From Candidatus Poribacteria bacterium (lineage in GTDB: Bacteria > Poribacteria > WGA-4E > WGA-3G): DNA of 64,000 nucleotides. A model generated the notes under the pieces. It saw only the letters and a program-made list of their open reading frames with translations. It was not told where the DNA came from and ran no database searches. The translations under genes and the position numbers were made by a program. The stretch spans positions 3,616,001 to 3,680,000 of the forward strand of contig OZ240248.1 of assembly GCA_965198235.1 (NCBI GenBank), written 5' to 3'. Positions 1 to 9,584 of this stretch are shown in pieces (the first letter of the stretch is position 1; every line of letters starts with the position of its first letter).

Positions 1-196
1 AAAACACCCTTTGGCTTCATTAATGGAAGTTGTTGAGGCACTCATTGAAAAATATGAGTCGGACCAAGAATCAACGGAGCGTGAAGCCTGGTATCGTCTC
101 TCTATGCCAACCCTTGCCCGCGCGTACGGAGAGGATGAACCTGAGTACACAGCGGATATGTTAAAATGGATGAATCCAGATTATGAGGGAAAGTGA
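1..196 (+). CDS. Putative antitoxin (5' end probably outside window), partner of downstream PemK/MazF toxin
   Basis: Frame is open to the window edge (KHPLASLMEVV...). Small acidic protein overlapping the start of the toxin gene. Confidence 0.55.
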   Translation, partial: KHPLASLMEVVEALIEKYESDQESTEREAWYRLSMPTLARAYGEDEPEYTADMLKWMNPDYEGK

Positions 197-533
197 TGTC
201 ATTCTTGTTCCGTTGTCGCAAGCTGACGAAGAATTAAAGTATAGGCCTGCAATTGTTTTACGAGAAATGCCAATGCCTTACCGAGACCTCTTTGTTTGCG
301 GTGTTAGTACAAATTTGAACCAGTACGTTCAAGGCTTTGATGATATTATCTCGCCTGTTGATGCTGATTTCACACGAAGCGGTTTGCATTCAGAATCTCT
401 GATTCGGCTCAGTTTTTTGGGTGTAGTCCCGCGTCGGCTGGTGCGTGGCATACTCGGTAGCATTTCAGATGAACGGCATAAGCGTTTGTTGCAGAAGTTA
501 ATTGATTACCTAACAAGCAATGACCTGATTTAA
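183..533 (+). CDS. PemK/MazF-family type II toxin (endoribonuclease)
   Basis: 116 aa; N-terminal DVILVPL...KYRPAIVL motif and G-L-x-x-E-S-L-I-R typical of PemK/MazF. Confidence 0.8.
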   Translation: MRESDVILVPLSQADEELKYRPAIVLREMPMPYRDLFVCGVSTNLNQYVQGFDDIISPVDADFTRSGLHSESLIRLSFLGVVPRRLVRGILGSISDERHKRLLQKLIDYLTSNDLI

Positions 534-632
534 CATATCGCCCCTATAGGGATAGAACCTTGGATGTCGCCCCTCTGGGGCTTTGTTTTTTGGATATGTG
601 TTTCTACATAGATGCCGCCCTTACAGGGCTCA
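533..632. repeat. Cluster of REP-like hairpins (CATATCGCCCC...GGG type)
   Basis: Three GC hairpins preceded by ACATATCG/GATGTCG/AGATGCCG; same family as clusters at about 13630, 21310, 29095 and 52706. Confidence 0.6.
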
Positions 633-686
633 AGGGTTAGGAAGGATGCGTTTCTATTCTCGGAGGTGCAAACGGAAAACCACACA

Positions 687-1544
687 ATGCGCAATACCAA
701 ACTCGAACCCCGCACAAAAATCCTGATGATGCTCATCAGCGGAGGCCTTGTCATTCTGCTGGACAGCCCGACGGCACTGCTCGTCTGTTTTGTTGGGAGC
801 CTCGCGTTGGTCGCACTCTCCGTCCCGACGTGGCGGCAGATCGGGTTGCTCTGCGCTTTCCTCTTCTTTACGACGTGGGGTTTGATTTACAGCCAAGCGA
901 TCTTCTATAACGAATTTCCGCGCACCGTGCTGTTCACACTCGTGCCTGCGGAGCTACCGCTGATTGGGAAGATGACGGGCGGTATCCGTGTCTATCGAGA
1001 AGGGCTGTTCCACGGAATCGTCCAATCCCTCCGTTTCAATACGACACTCGTCATTGGGTGCTTTATCATCTGGACGACGCAACCGCGTGATCTGCTCCTC
1101 GCATTGACGCAATTGCGTGTGCCAGCGACCCTCGCTTTTATGGTGACGACGGCGTTGCATTTCATCCCTGTGATTGCGAATGAGGCGGCGACTGTGTTCC
1201 GTTCGCAGAGGTTAAGGGGCTTCCGTTATCTCCGTCTGAATCTTTTAGCAACCTGCCGTGGCGTTCTCAACAGTTTCCGTCCTATCTTGGCGGGGAACAT
1301 CCGGCACGCGACACACCTCGGCGAATCCGTTGAAAGCCGCGGGTTCTCGCCAGAAATGGCGGCGCGACGCACTTCGCTGCGGGCTTTGAAGATGGGTGCT
1401 TGGGATTTCAGCCTGCTCGCGGTGTTATCTGTCTGTTTGATCGGTGTCGTTGGGTTGAAGCTACTCTATTTCTGCTATGCGAACGGCATCTATTACGCGT
1501 CGTGGTTGAGGCATGCGTATACTTTCACCCGTGAGGTGTTGTAG
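687..1544 (+). CDS. Energy-coupling factor transporter transmembrane component T (EcfT/CbiQ family)
   Basis: KLEPRTK N-terminus, several TM helices, conserved QRLRG and ESRGF motifs. Start moved to ATG 687. Confidence 0.85.
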   Translation: MRNTKLEPRTKILMMLISGGLVILLDSPTALLVCFVGSLALVALSVPTWRQIGLLCAFLFFTTWGLIYSQAIFYNEFPRTVLFTLVPAELPLIGKMTGGIRVYREGLFHGIVQSLRFNTTLVIGCFIIWTTQPRDLLLALTQLRVPATLAFMVTTALHFIPVIANEAATVFRSQRLRGFRYLRLNLLATCRGVLNSFRPILAGNIRHATHLGESVESRGFSPEMAARRTSLRALKMGAWDFSLLAVLSVCLIGVVGLKLLYFCYANGIYYASWLRHAYTFTREVL

Positions 1545-1546
1545 CG

Positions 1547-2068
1547 TTAGCGTCCGACTTCCCACGCCAGATGTTGCAATTCCGGTCCAATCAACTTTTC
1601 CCATGCTAATTGCACTGCCGCAGTCGAACCGGGTGTAGAGATCACCACTTTTCCGCGATAGACACCCGCTGTCGCTCGTGAGAGCATCGCCGCGGCACCG
1701 ACCTGATCGTAGCTGAACATCCGAAAGAGTTCGCCGAATCCCGGTAAGGTCTTTTCCAATGTACGATCGAGAATGTCAAAAGTGGTGTCACGTGGGGCGA
1801 TGCCGGTGCCACCATTGAAGAGGATAACCTGTGCATCGCTTTCCGCCATTTTATCTAATACTGCGGCGACTTGGTCGGGTTCATCTTTTATGATTTGATA
1901 TGCAGCGACGCTGTTTCCCTCTGCCGCGAGTTGTTCGCGTAGAAATGCGGCGTTTTTATCTGTTTCAGGGGTGCGCGTGTCACTCACGGTGACAATCGCG
2001 ACGGCGACGGGTCCCTGTTCGGTTGCCATTTCTCGGTGTTGTTGTGTACTTGTAGAAGTTGTTGACAT
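1547..2068 (-). CDS. moaB: Molybdenum cofactor biosynthesis protein B (MoaB/Mog family)
   Basis: [33 protein letters not shown] and PGS motifs. Confidence 0.92.
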   Translation of the reverse strand: MSTTSTSTQQHREMATEQGPVAVAIVTVSDTRTPETDKNAAFLREQLAAEGNSVAAYQIIKDEPDQVAAVLDKMAESDAQVILFNGGTGIAPRDTTFDILDRTLEKTLPGFGELFRMFSYDQVGAAAMLSRATAGVYRGKVVISTPGSTAAVQLAWEKLIGPELQHLAWEVGR

Positions 2069-2104
2069 TATGTTGTCGTCTCCTCTTGATGGTTAACTTT
2101 TCGG

Positions 2105-2362
2105 TCAGTTTTGGTCCCGTGATATTGGGACATCCGGTAAGGAAAACTTTAGCGTAGCATTCGGTCTCTTATCGATGTAACTGTGAGGAGCCACATCGCC
2201 TGACACCGCGGGATCGATAAGTTCAATATAATAGTCTGTTATTTTGGGACTGCCGAGGTGAATCCACGCCTCTATTCCCGCGATAAAGCGGTCAACAAGT
2301 TGCGGATTGCCGTAGGCATCCACACGGTTCTCTGGTTTAGGCTCGCGTATGGACAGAGGAAC
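2105..2362 (-). pseudogene. Orphan 3' gene fragment, possibly the C-terminus of an L-isoaspartate O-methyltransferase-like protein
   Basis: Short reading frame without a credible start or RBS; begins at a heptamer repeat tract. Family guess is from weak resemblance only. Confidence 0.3.
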
Positions 2363-2365
2363 ACA

Positions 2366-2392
2366 TAACTGACAACTGAGGACTGATAACTA
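2366..2392. repeat. Heptamer tandem repeat (TAACTGA/CAACTGA/GGACTGA)
   Basis: Seen directly; related tracts near 15500, 35228, 35400 and 50920. Confidence 0.6.
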
Positions 2393-2393
2393 A

Positions 2394-4604
2394 TTACTGG
2401 TTCGGGTAGGTTCTATTGAGATGTTTCGGCATTGTGAAGAAGCGTCCGCCCGTCTGTGCTGCGAGGGTTTTCTGAAAATCTGTGGGACCCGGATGTCCGA
2501 TAACATAAGCACGGATGCCTAACGACTGACACAGCCTGAGTGCGCGTTCGGGCGGATATTTTCCAGTCGTCGGTTCGTCTGTCAGAATGAGCAGGAATCG
2601 GCTTGCATACGGACTGAATTTAACTTTCGGCACCCCTTCCACAATTGCATCGATGAGGTGTTCGTCTCCGCCAAATGGGTCTTCCATGTAGCTTTCCAAC
2701 ATGGATTCGTTGAGCGGCATTTGCGTTACGACGGCGCCGTTAATGATTTTGATGGTATCCTTCGCCTCCGCGAAACGGATGAGCCCAATCCGATATTTAA
2801 TTGGCAGGATGTCTAACCTACCGATAAGCGTGCTTAAACCGAGCATAATCGCTTCGGATTTGCCTCCCATACTCCGACTGTAATCGAGCATCACCACAAT
2901 GTCCACGACAGGTTCAAATCCCCTCACTGCGGTGTCAGGAGATGCACTGGGTGCTGCCCCGTCGTAGATGTTCAATCGGTTCTTTTCATTTCGGATAGTA
3001 TACATGCGACGACGGGTTGGGTCGTTTATGAGCCATCTGTTGCCGCGCTTTTGCGTCATTGCCGTGAGATTGTTAGAGAGATTCCAGCTTTCAGGGTAGA
3101 TACCAGCGAAAACGTTCAGTTTATTACCCTGTTTACGGATGGTGTAGATACGACCATTTGTATAATCGGTGATCACCCACAAATCCCCCTTCTGTTTCTC
3201 CCAGACCATGGAACTCCCAAACAGGTTGTCGGCACCGGCTATAGAGACACCGTTTTTCCTGAATTCGCGTTGCAATTTTTTGATTGGGACATCGCCATCT
3301 TCAAGTAGCACCTCGAATTGAGACTCCATACTGAATAGCAATCGCCCCCCGTTTCGGCGAATATCCTTGACAATGTCCCGAAATACCTGCATAAATGCTT
3401 CATTGGCGACACGATCACTTGGAAGCGTGCTTGCCTTACCGAAACCTCCCGGAATGGGCTGCCAGAGTCCATCTGTCATTTCTGCTAACTCTTGTTGAAA
3501 CGGTTCTGGAACTCCGAGGACGTTGACATGGATATCCTGAAGCTGATATTCTTTGATAACCTTTTCCCGCATCGTTGTATAAGCACCGTCCCTTTTAAAA
3601 GCGGTCGTTGCGGGTTCGTCGGTTACGAGGATGATGTATTGGTCGGCATCAGCGTGGAAGTCGATACGGTAGGGTGTATCCATGAGTGCGTCGAGCGCAT
3701 GCTCATCTCCGCTGAGTGTGGCTTTTTGCATCCGTCTGCGCAGCATGGCGACATCGGGTAACAGCGTGCGGATCTCCAGTCTTTGACCTTCGTGCCTGAC
3801 ACTGAATTCCGACATGCCGAGGTGATACTCCAAATTGACGAGATCAAACGCATCGACCATAGCAAACAGGTTTGCGGCGATTTCTTGTATATTATCACGC
3901 ATGCTCGCGCTCGTGTCGAGTACAAAGACGACGTTCACCTTGTCCAACTCCCGTGTTCCGATGATGTGATCGGCGATACGTTTGAGTGCTTTAGCGAACG
4001 GGTTGTTCTCTCCATTGCCGGTTCCTTCGCCTTTGTCGTCTCCATCACCGTCCCCGATAATTCCAATTTCAGAGGCACCCGTGGATTCGAGTCTATGAAA
4101 TCCGCCACCGCCGTCGCCTTTGACGCGTTGCCGCAAGCTATCTACACCTGCGCCTGCGGTGGTCTGAAATGGACTTGCAACCTCTTCTGCGATCGGTGTT
4201 TCTCGGCTATTGATCCGTTTTGCGTCCGTGGTCACATCGGGGAGTGTCGTTTCAAGGTCAGACACGGATCTCGTTGCGCTGTGTAGGAGTGCCTCCTCCG
4301 ATTGTCGCATGGTTTCATCAATTAAATTTGCGGAAGCCATGAGGTCGAGATGCCGTTGGTTTGTTTCAGTAGACGGATCTGTGTGCTGTGGCGTTCGTAG
4401 TTTTTTGGGTGGCGGTGGTTTGAGGGTGCGCCGTTGTTCCCGAAAGGCTTCTGGCTTGATGAGTTCCACCGCCAGCGCGTCTTCACCCCTGTTCTGCCTT
4501 TGGGTATAGAACGAGAACATAAAGGTGATGGCGAGACAGAGATGTAAGATGCTTGAAAAAAGCAGTGCGCGCATGGAACGGTGTCGCCTGTAGGAACGGT
4601 TCAT
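2394..4604 (-). CDS. Membrane-anchored protein with two von Willebrand factor A domains
   Basis: N-terminal TM helix and proline stretch; two MIDAS motifs (FVLDTSASM, VMLDYSRSM), each followed by LxTDE. Confidence 0.85.
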   Translation of the reverse strand: MNRSYRRHRSMRALLFSSILHLCLAITFMFSFYTQRQNRGEDALAVELIKPEAFREQRRTLKPPPPKKLRTPQHTDPSTETNQRHLDLMASANLIDETMRQSEEALLHSATRSVSDLETTLPDVTTDAKRINSRETPIAEEVASPFQTTAGAGVDSLRQRVKGDGGGGFHRLESTGASEIGIIGDGDGDDKGEGTGNGENNPFAKALKRIADHIIGTRELDKVNVVFVLDTSASMRDNIQEIAANLFAMVDAFDLVNLEYHLGMSEFSVRHEGQRLEIRTLLPDVAMLRRRMQKATLSGDEHALDALMDTPYRIDFHADADQYIILVTDEPATTAFKRDGAYTTMREKVIKEYQLQDIHVNVLGVPEPFQQELAEMTDGLWQPIPGGFGKASTLPSDRVANEAFMQVFRDIVKDIRRNGGRLLFSMESQFEVLLEDGDVPIKKLQREFRKNGVSIAGADNLFGSSMVWEKQKGDLWVITDYTNGRIYTIRKQGNKLNVFAGIYPESWNLSNNLTAMTQKRGNRWLINDPTRRRMYTIRNEKNRLNIYDGAAPSASPDTAVRGFEPVVDIVVMLDYSRSMGGKSEAIMLGLSTLIGRLDILPIKYRIGLIRFAEAKDTIKIINGAVVTQMPLNESMLESYMEDPFGGDEHLIDAIVEGVPKVKFSPYASRFLLILTDEPTTGKYPPERALRLCQSLGIRAYVIGHPGPTDFQKTLAAQTGGRFFTMPKHLNRTYPNQ

Positions 4605-4656
4605 GATGTTTTCTCCATTTTGATATAGGTCTGTTTATCCCTCAATCCGATTAGTT

Positions 4657-5679
4657 TTATCGGGTATTCTGTTTAATTTTCACATCTCCCCATGTCGTGG
4701 TTAGCAATTTGGGTTGTGGTGAAACGGGCAACGCATACGCAGGATCAAACCAATCCCCGCCAGAATTCGCTTGAAAAACGTGGGCAATGTGGGTCAATTG
4801 GGTCCGAACGCCACTATTCACGTCAATTTTGAAGATTTGCAGAAAACCGTTAACTTCTTGTGTATAAAGGACGTGTTCTCCATTTGGCGATAGCGCAGGA
4901 CTTTCTGCCATAGGACCCGCTTCATTGACAAGCTGCCGGAGACCCGTGCCATCACTGTTTACAATGAAGATAGTCTGCTTATCGTCCCACCCCGGAGGGA
5001 ACGGATCACCCCGCACCCACCCCGGTGGTAATGGAGGGACCTTATACCCAGAAAAGGCGATTTTGGCACCCTCAGCAGACCAAAACGGATCGAGTTGCCA
5101 AGCCGCGGCTTTCCTTGATAAGGGGCGTTTTTGTTTTCCTGTGCGGACGTTGATAATCGTAAGTCGGGCCAATATAGAGCAGGCGATTTCAGTCCCATCA
5201 GGCGACCACGCTGGATTATGAGCATCCATAATGAGTTCCTCCTCTTTTTCTTCTCCAAGCGTAGCGATGTAGATAGGGTACTCGTCAACGTCCCAGCGTA
5301 AGTGCATGTAAGCAATCTGTTTGCCATCGGGTGACCACGCTGGTCTTCCTCTAAGAACTTCCTTCTTAAAAACGCGTCGGACCTTGGTGCCATCAGGATC
5401 CATAAGGTACAGGTCTCGAACGCCATCGCGATCGGAGATGAAAAGGATTTGCTCGCCGGTTGGAGACCAGACAGCGCTCAGATCATTTGCGGGGTGCTGT
5501 GTTAGTCTCACCTGTTCAGAGCCGTCCGGATTCATCATGTAGACTTCGCGATTGCCGTCCCGTGCGGAGGTAAACAGGATTTTAGGGGTTGTCGGTGCTT
5601 TTGCGCAAAGCGGAGAAACGCTTACATTGAGCACTAACAGGATAGATATGGCAAAAACTAACAACCGTATCGTTTTCAT
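4657..5679 (-). CDS. Secreted TolB-like (PD40) beta-propeller protein with C-terminal TTTWG motif
   Basis: Signal peptide, repeated PAWSPDG motifs, C-terminal PVSPQPKLLTTTWGDVK. Confidence 0.85.
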   Translation of the reverse strand: MKTIRLLVFAISILLVLNVSVSPLCAKAPTTPKILFTSARDGNREVYMMNPDGSEQVRLTQHPANDLSAVWSPTGEQILFISDRDGVRDLYLMDPDGTKVRRVFKKEVLRGRPAWSPDGKQIAYMHLRWDVDEYPIYIATLGEEKEEELIMDAHNPAWSPDGTEIACSILARLTIINVRTGKQKRPLSRKAAAWQLDPFWSAEGAKIAFSGYKVPPLPPGWVRGDPFPPGWDDKQTIFIVNSDGTGLRQLVNEAGPMAESPALSPNGEHVLYTQEVNGFLQIFKIDVNSGVRTQLTHIAHVFQANSGGDWFDPAYALPVSPQPKLLTTTWGDVKIKQNTR

Positions 5680-5797
5680 AAAGCGTAACCCAAGAAATCA
5701 AAATGAGTTTCTGTAGTATATGTAGAGAGAGGGATAATCGGTGTTTTCCGGAATTCAGGTTATTATATCATGTAAAACGGAGTTGATCAAATTAAAG

Positions 5798-5826
5798 TTG
5801 ACAAAATTGATGCATTCTGCTAAAAT
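5798..5826 (+). promoter_or_regulatory. Sigma70-type promoter P1
   Basis: TTGACA-17 nt-TAAAAT with TG extension. Confidence 0.65.
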
Positions 5827-5857
5827 TATAGAAATTCGGTTGTTTTGCACTTTTTTC

Positions 5858-5887
5858 TTGCAATTCATATTTGAAAAGTGCTATAAT
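5858..5887 (+). promoter_or_regulatory. Sigma70-type promoter P2
   Basis: TTGCAA-18 nt-TATAAT with extended -10 TGn. Confidence 0.55.
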
Positions 5888-5908
5888 TTATTTTGTGTAT
5901 TCTATCAA

Positions 5909-6047
5909 CTTCCCGGGGTGACGTATACTACCTCGCGGAAGATCGAAGGAAGAATCGCACCGCTGACGGAAACCGACATCGGTTTACCGGTGAGATGTCA
6001 GCATTAAAAAGCGTGATTTGCACGCAGTACTGCTATCACCAATAGTA
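5909..6047 (+). ncRNA. Candidate structured 5' leader RNA, no known class recognised
   Basis: Consecutive hairpins: CTTCC-CGGGGTG/TACCTCG-GGAAG, GCTGAC/GTCAGC enclosing AAACCGA/TCGGTTT, GCGTG/CACGC, TGCTAT/ATAGTA. Confidence 0.3.
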
Positions 6048-6140
6048 AAATCTGATGAGGTGATGGGATTTTGGGAAGCGCGCTTCTTGCTCAAAAAACT
6101 CTGAACCTTAGTGTATATTGAAAAAGGAGATTTCATAGCT

Positions 6141-6863
6141 ATGAAAAAATTCACAATCTTTATCACACTTGTCTGCGCTGTCATGATTTCGCCGATGGCA
6201 TTCGCGCAAAATTGGCAGCCGGCAGGTGATAATTGGATTGGAAAATGGTGGGGACTCGACCTCGTCACGAGTACGGGTGGTTTTAACACATCCGCAACAA
6301 TTGACTACCTCGCGGAAGGCAGCGGCGGTTTGATTTCAAACGCCTCCGTCTCCACGCCCGACGGTGCTGGAAAGACAGCGAATGCCATCGTGAACCTCCC
6401 AGATAACGGTGGCTCACTCGCTTGGTCGATTGTCGACATCAATACCGAAGACCAGCTGAATATGTCCACAAGCCACGGTATCCCTGATGGACGAGACATC
6501 ACATGGCACGGTCTCATCGTCGTTATTTCACCGGATGCCCGGACGACCGTGATGCATCCCGCACACGATGATTACGCCCAAATCTGGATCAACGGCGAAC
6601 AGGTCTATGACAATTCCAGGTGGACAGGAGGCGTTCGCGCAGTCCATACACCGACAGAGATTCAATTCAAGAAGGGTGAGAATTTCTTGCACTTTAAATG
6701 TGGTGAATCGGGCGGCGCGGATTATGTTAACCTCCGCTTTGAGCCTACCGACACCGATCTTCTCATCGCACCCACAAAGGATAATCTCTTCTTGGATGTG
6801 CTTACGCCAGTCGAGCCGAAAGGCAAGTTGGCGACGCAATGGGCAGATCTCAAGCGTCAGTAA
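6141..6863 (+). CDS. Secreted protein, possible PA14/galactose-binding-like jelly-roll domain, with C-terminal KLATQW motif
   Basis: RBS AAGGAG, signal peptide ending AFA, HDDYAQIWING motif, C-terminal PVEPKGKLATQWADLK. Confidence 0.75.
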   Translation: MKKFTIFITLVCAVMISPMAFAQNWQPAGDNWIGKWWGLDLVTSTGGFNTSATIDYLAEGSGGLISNASVSTPDGAGKTANAIVNLPDNGGSLAWSIVDINTEDQLNMSTSHGIPDGRDITWHGLIVVISPDARTTVMHPAHDDYAQIWINGEQVYDNSRWTGGVRAVHTPTEIQFKKGENFLHFKCGESGGADYVNLRFEPTDTDLLIAPTKDNLFLDVLTPVEPKGKLATQWADLKRQ

Positions 6864-6878
6864 TTTCTATTGTTAGCG

Positions 6879-6913
6879 AAAAACCCGTGTCCGAGTTAGG
6901 ATGCGGGTTTTTT
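6879..6913. terminator. Bidirectional intrinsic terminator
   Basis: AAAAACCCGTGTCC-loop-GGATGCGGGTTTTT between convergent genes. Confidence 0.8.
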
Positions 6914-6939
6914 GTTGTCTACTTTTATTTATTATCGTT

Positions 6940-8589
6940 TTACTCTTCTGACTCTACAATCGTCAAAATCTGGTTGATAGAGATGTCTCGCGATTCTTGT
7001 AGGGTCCCGCTTTGCCAGGCGATGCTCACTTTCTCAACACCCTGATTTTCTCCCAAGCCGAACAACAATCGCGTATCGCTTCCTGATGCGTAGCTTGAAC
7101 CGCTCTTGACTTCCCTTATCTGCGTCATATCTCCTGTCGTGACCGTGACCTTCGCGCCGATCCCGTCACGGTTGCTTTGCGTTCCGACCAGTTTAATGCT
7201 CAGATAGTTTCTCCGGTTCCCGCCATCGTTCCGAAGCAGGACTGCACGCTGATTGGAATTCATGATAACAATATCGGAATCGCCGTCGTTGTCGTAGTCG
7301 GCAGTCGCGGCGGCTCTGCCAACAAGGGGTTCCGAGAAATATGTTCCGGCGGATGCGGAGACATCGGTGTAGGTGCCGTCGCCGTTATTTTCAAAGATCT
7401 GGTCGCGTTGGGCATAGGTTTCATTGCCCCCCAAGATTTCAACGACATCTTGGGGGTGTCCGTTTGCACAGAACATGTCGAGGTGTCCATCGTTATCGTA
7501 ATCCAGAAAAAGCGGACTAAAACCGACAAACGGGAGTGTCGGTTGCTCCAATCCACTGTCCGCGGTGGCATCGGCAAAGAAGAGTCCTTCCTCATTTTTA
7601 TAGAGTGTTGCCTTCTCCGAATTTGCAACGATCAGATCGAACCATCCATCGCCGTTGTAGTCTGCGCAATCTATCCCCATGGAACCTTCAGCGACACCTC
7701 TATCGTCGTAACCCACGCCGATGAAGATGCTTTCATCCGTAAAGGTGCCATCACCGTTGTTATGATAGAGGAAATTTCTATTGGTATCGTTGGCGACGTA
7801 AATATCGGGCAACCCGTCTTGATCGTAGTCCCAAGCGACGGCTGCCATACCCCGTCCCTCGACGGGATTTGTCACGCCTGCTGTCTCGGCAATGTTCGTG
7901 AAGGTGCCGTCGCCGTTGTTTCGGTAGAGTACATCGGGCGTTCCCTTGTAGCTACGCGGATGCCCGTAGCCGACAATACCTTTGTAGGTCGATACCGGCA
8001 TTGACAACGCATACACCAGATAGTTGACGACGAAGATGTCCAAGTCGCCATCCACATCGAAATCGAAATAGACCGCGGCGATACCCCAAAGTGTATTATC
8101 AATACCAGCGGATTCTGTGATGTCGGTAAAGGTACCGTCTCCATCGTTTCGGTAGAGTTTATCCTGCCCAAAGTTGGCGACATAGAGGTCGAGATCGCCG
8201 TCGTTGTCGATATCCGCCGCAGATGCCGCCATCCCGTATCCTGTATCCCCTGTTCCTGAGATTTCGGTGACATCCGTGAAGGTGCCATCGCCTTCGTTTC
8301 GGTAGAGGACGTTACCGAGTGGTTGCTGGTTCTCTTGAGGAACGCTACCACTGTTAACGAAATAGAGGTCGGGATCGCCATCGGTGTCGTAATCGAAGAA
8401 GACTGTGCCGGAACCCATGGTCTCGATGATATACTTGTGTTCGGTTGCACCGCTGCTATGTTTGAAGTGGATACCTGCTTCTTCGGTGACATCCACGAAG
8501 ATAGGGGATTGCGAAGCGGCGTTGCCTACGGTTAGCAGAAGGAATAGGAGTGCCTGTAAAAACGATTTCGGATTCGGATTCTTTAGCAT
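6940..8589 (-). CDS. CRTAC1-family FG-GAP repeat protein with C-terminal ASPIC/UnbV domain
   Basis: Many DYDxDGDxD repeats; C-terminal SNRDGIGAKV...GSSYASG...LLFGLG. Start placed at ATG 8589 before the signal peptide. Confidence 0.88.
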   Translation of the reverse strand: MLKNPNPKSFLQALLFLLLTVGNAASQSPIFVDVTEEAGIHFKHSSGATEHKYIIETMGSGTVFFDYDTDGDPDLYFVNSGSVPQENQQPLGNVLYRNEGDGTFTDVTEISGTGDTGYGMAASAADIDNDGDLDLYVANFGQDKLYRNDGDGTFTDITESAGIDNTLWGIAAVYFDFDVDGDLDIFVVNYLVYALSMPVSTYKGIVGYGHPRSYKGTPDVLYRNNGDGTFTNIAETAGVTNPVEGRGMAAVAWDYDQDGLPDIYVANDTNRNFLYHNNGDGTFTDESIFIGVGYDDRGVAEGSMGIDCADYNGDGWFDLIVANSEKATLYKNEEGLFFADATADSGLEQPTLPFVGFSPLFLDYDNDGHLDMFCANGHPQDVVEILGGNETYAQRDQIFENNGDGTYTDVSASAGTYFSEPLVGRAAATADYDNDGDSDIVIMNSNQRAVLLRNDGGNRRNYLSIKLVGTQSNRDGIGAKVTVTTGDMTQIREVKSGSSYASGSDTRLLFGLGENQGVEKVSIAWQSGTLQESRDISINQILTIVESEE

Positions 8590-8690
8590 TGTGTCACTGG
8601 GCGAGGTTTCATGAAATTCCTGTTTGTAGTAGGGAGACCATTCATTGCCCGTCAATTACCGAATTATTTTTTATCTTTATCTAATCTCGC

Positions 8691-9584
8691 TTACTTTGAG
8701 GTTTTTTCGGCGGTTTTTGCCAATCGGAAACCGACAAAGGAGGTTTTTAGGTTAGGATAGAGATAAAACCGAAATGTGGTGCTGCATCGGGCGATCGTAT
8801 CGATCCAGGAGCCTCCGCGGATGACGCGCCAACTGCCGACTGCCGGTCCCATCGGATTCTGCTTCGGACGTTTCGTGGCGGTTTGTGAGGTATTCCAATA
8901 GTAGACATCGCTGTACCAGTCGGCTGTCCATTCCCAGACGTTGCCTGCCATATCCATTACGCCGTAGTAGCTTTTGCCTTTCGGGAAGCTGCCGATAGGC
9001 GCGAGGCGGTTCTTATAACCATCGTCGTTCGCAACAGTATTCGCGTAGGGTTCGAGTGCGTTGCCCCAGGGCCATGTTCTATTGGTATAACCCCGCGCGG
9101 CTTTCTCCCATTCCGCCTCTGTTGGGAGTCGCATGCCTTTCCAAGTTGCGTAAGCGTTTGCATCGTGCCACGACACACCGACGACGGGATGATTCGGGAA
9201 CTGTTTTGCGCGTGCGGGCCAATCGCCGATTTGTGGGAGATGCGAGAAGTTTTCTGGGGTGTGTTGGGGCATTTGTCCTGAAGGATCGGCTTTTAATTGC
9301 TGTTTCCAAAATTCATAGTACTCGGCGTTGGTTACCTCATATTTACTGATGTAATAGGCATTGAGATAGACTTTATGCATCGGTTTTTCATCGGCGGCGC
9401 GGGTATCGCTTCCCATTGTAAAGGTGCCTGCAGAGATTAGTATGAGATTCTCTGTGTCCTGCGCGGATGCCCCGAAACTCATACCAACGCTGAGGAGCAG
9501 GAGCAACAGACCTTGTGCTGTAATGCCGATAGATAGGGGCGTGGTTACCTCGCCCCTACTTCTGTTTGGACGAAAGGTATTCAT
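8691..9584 (-). CDS. Formylglycine-generating enzyme (SUMF1/FGE-sulfatase) domain protein
   Basis: FTMGS, EVTNAEY, RLPTEAEWEKAARG, DMAGNVWEW, RGGSW and GFRLA motifs. Start placed at ATG 9584. Confidence 0.9.
   Translation of the reverse strand: MNTFRPNRSRGEVTTPLSIGITAQGLLLLLLSVGMSFGASAQDTENLILISAGTFTMGSDTRAADEKPMHKVYLNAYYISKYEVTNAEYYEFWKQQLKADPSGQMPQHTPENFSHLPQIGDWPARAKQFPNHPVVGVSWHDANAYATWKGMRLPTEAEWEKAARGYTNRTWPWGNALEPYANTVANDDGYKNRLAPIGSFPKGKSYYGVMDMAGNVWEWTADWYSDVYYWNTSQTATKRPKQNPMGPAVGSWRVIRGGSWIDTIARCSTTFRFYLYPNLKTSFVGFRLAKTAEKTSK

Noticed and set aside
5909-6047. Known riboswitch classes (c-di-GMP, fluoride, SAM, cobalamin, ZTP)
   Set aside because: Core consensus motifs not matched by eye; kept only as an unclassified candidate.
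7177-8004. Long antisense ORFs (also 44988-45710, 22748-23404, 14863-15444 and others)
   Set aside because: They lie opposite well-supported genes and have no motifs or RBS; treated as shadow ORFs.
8691-9584. FGE-domain protein as a diversity-generating retroelement target
   Set aside because: No template repeat or reverse transcriptase seen in the window.
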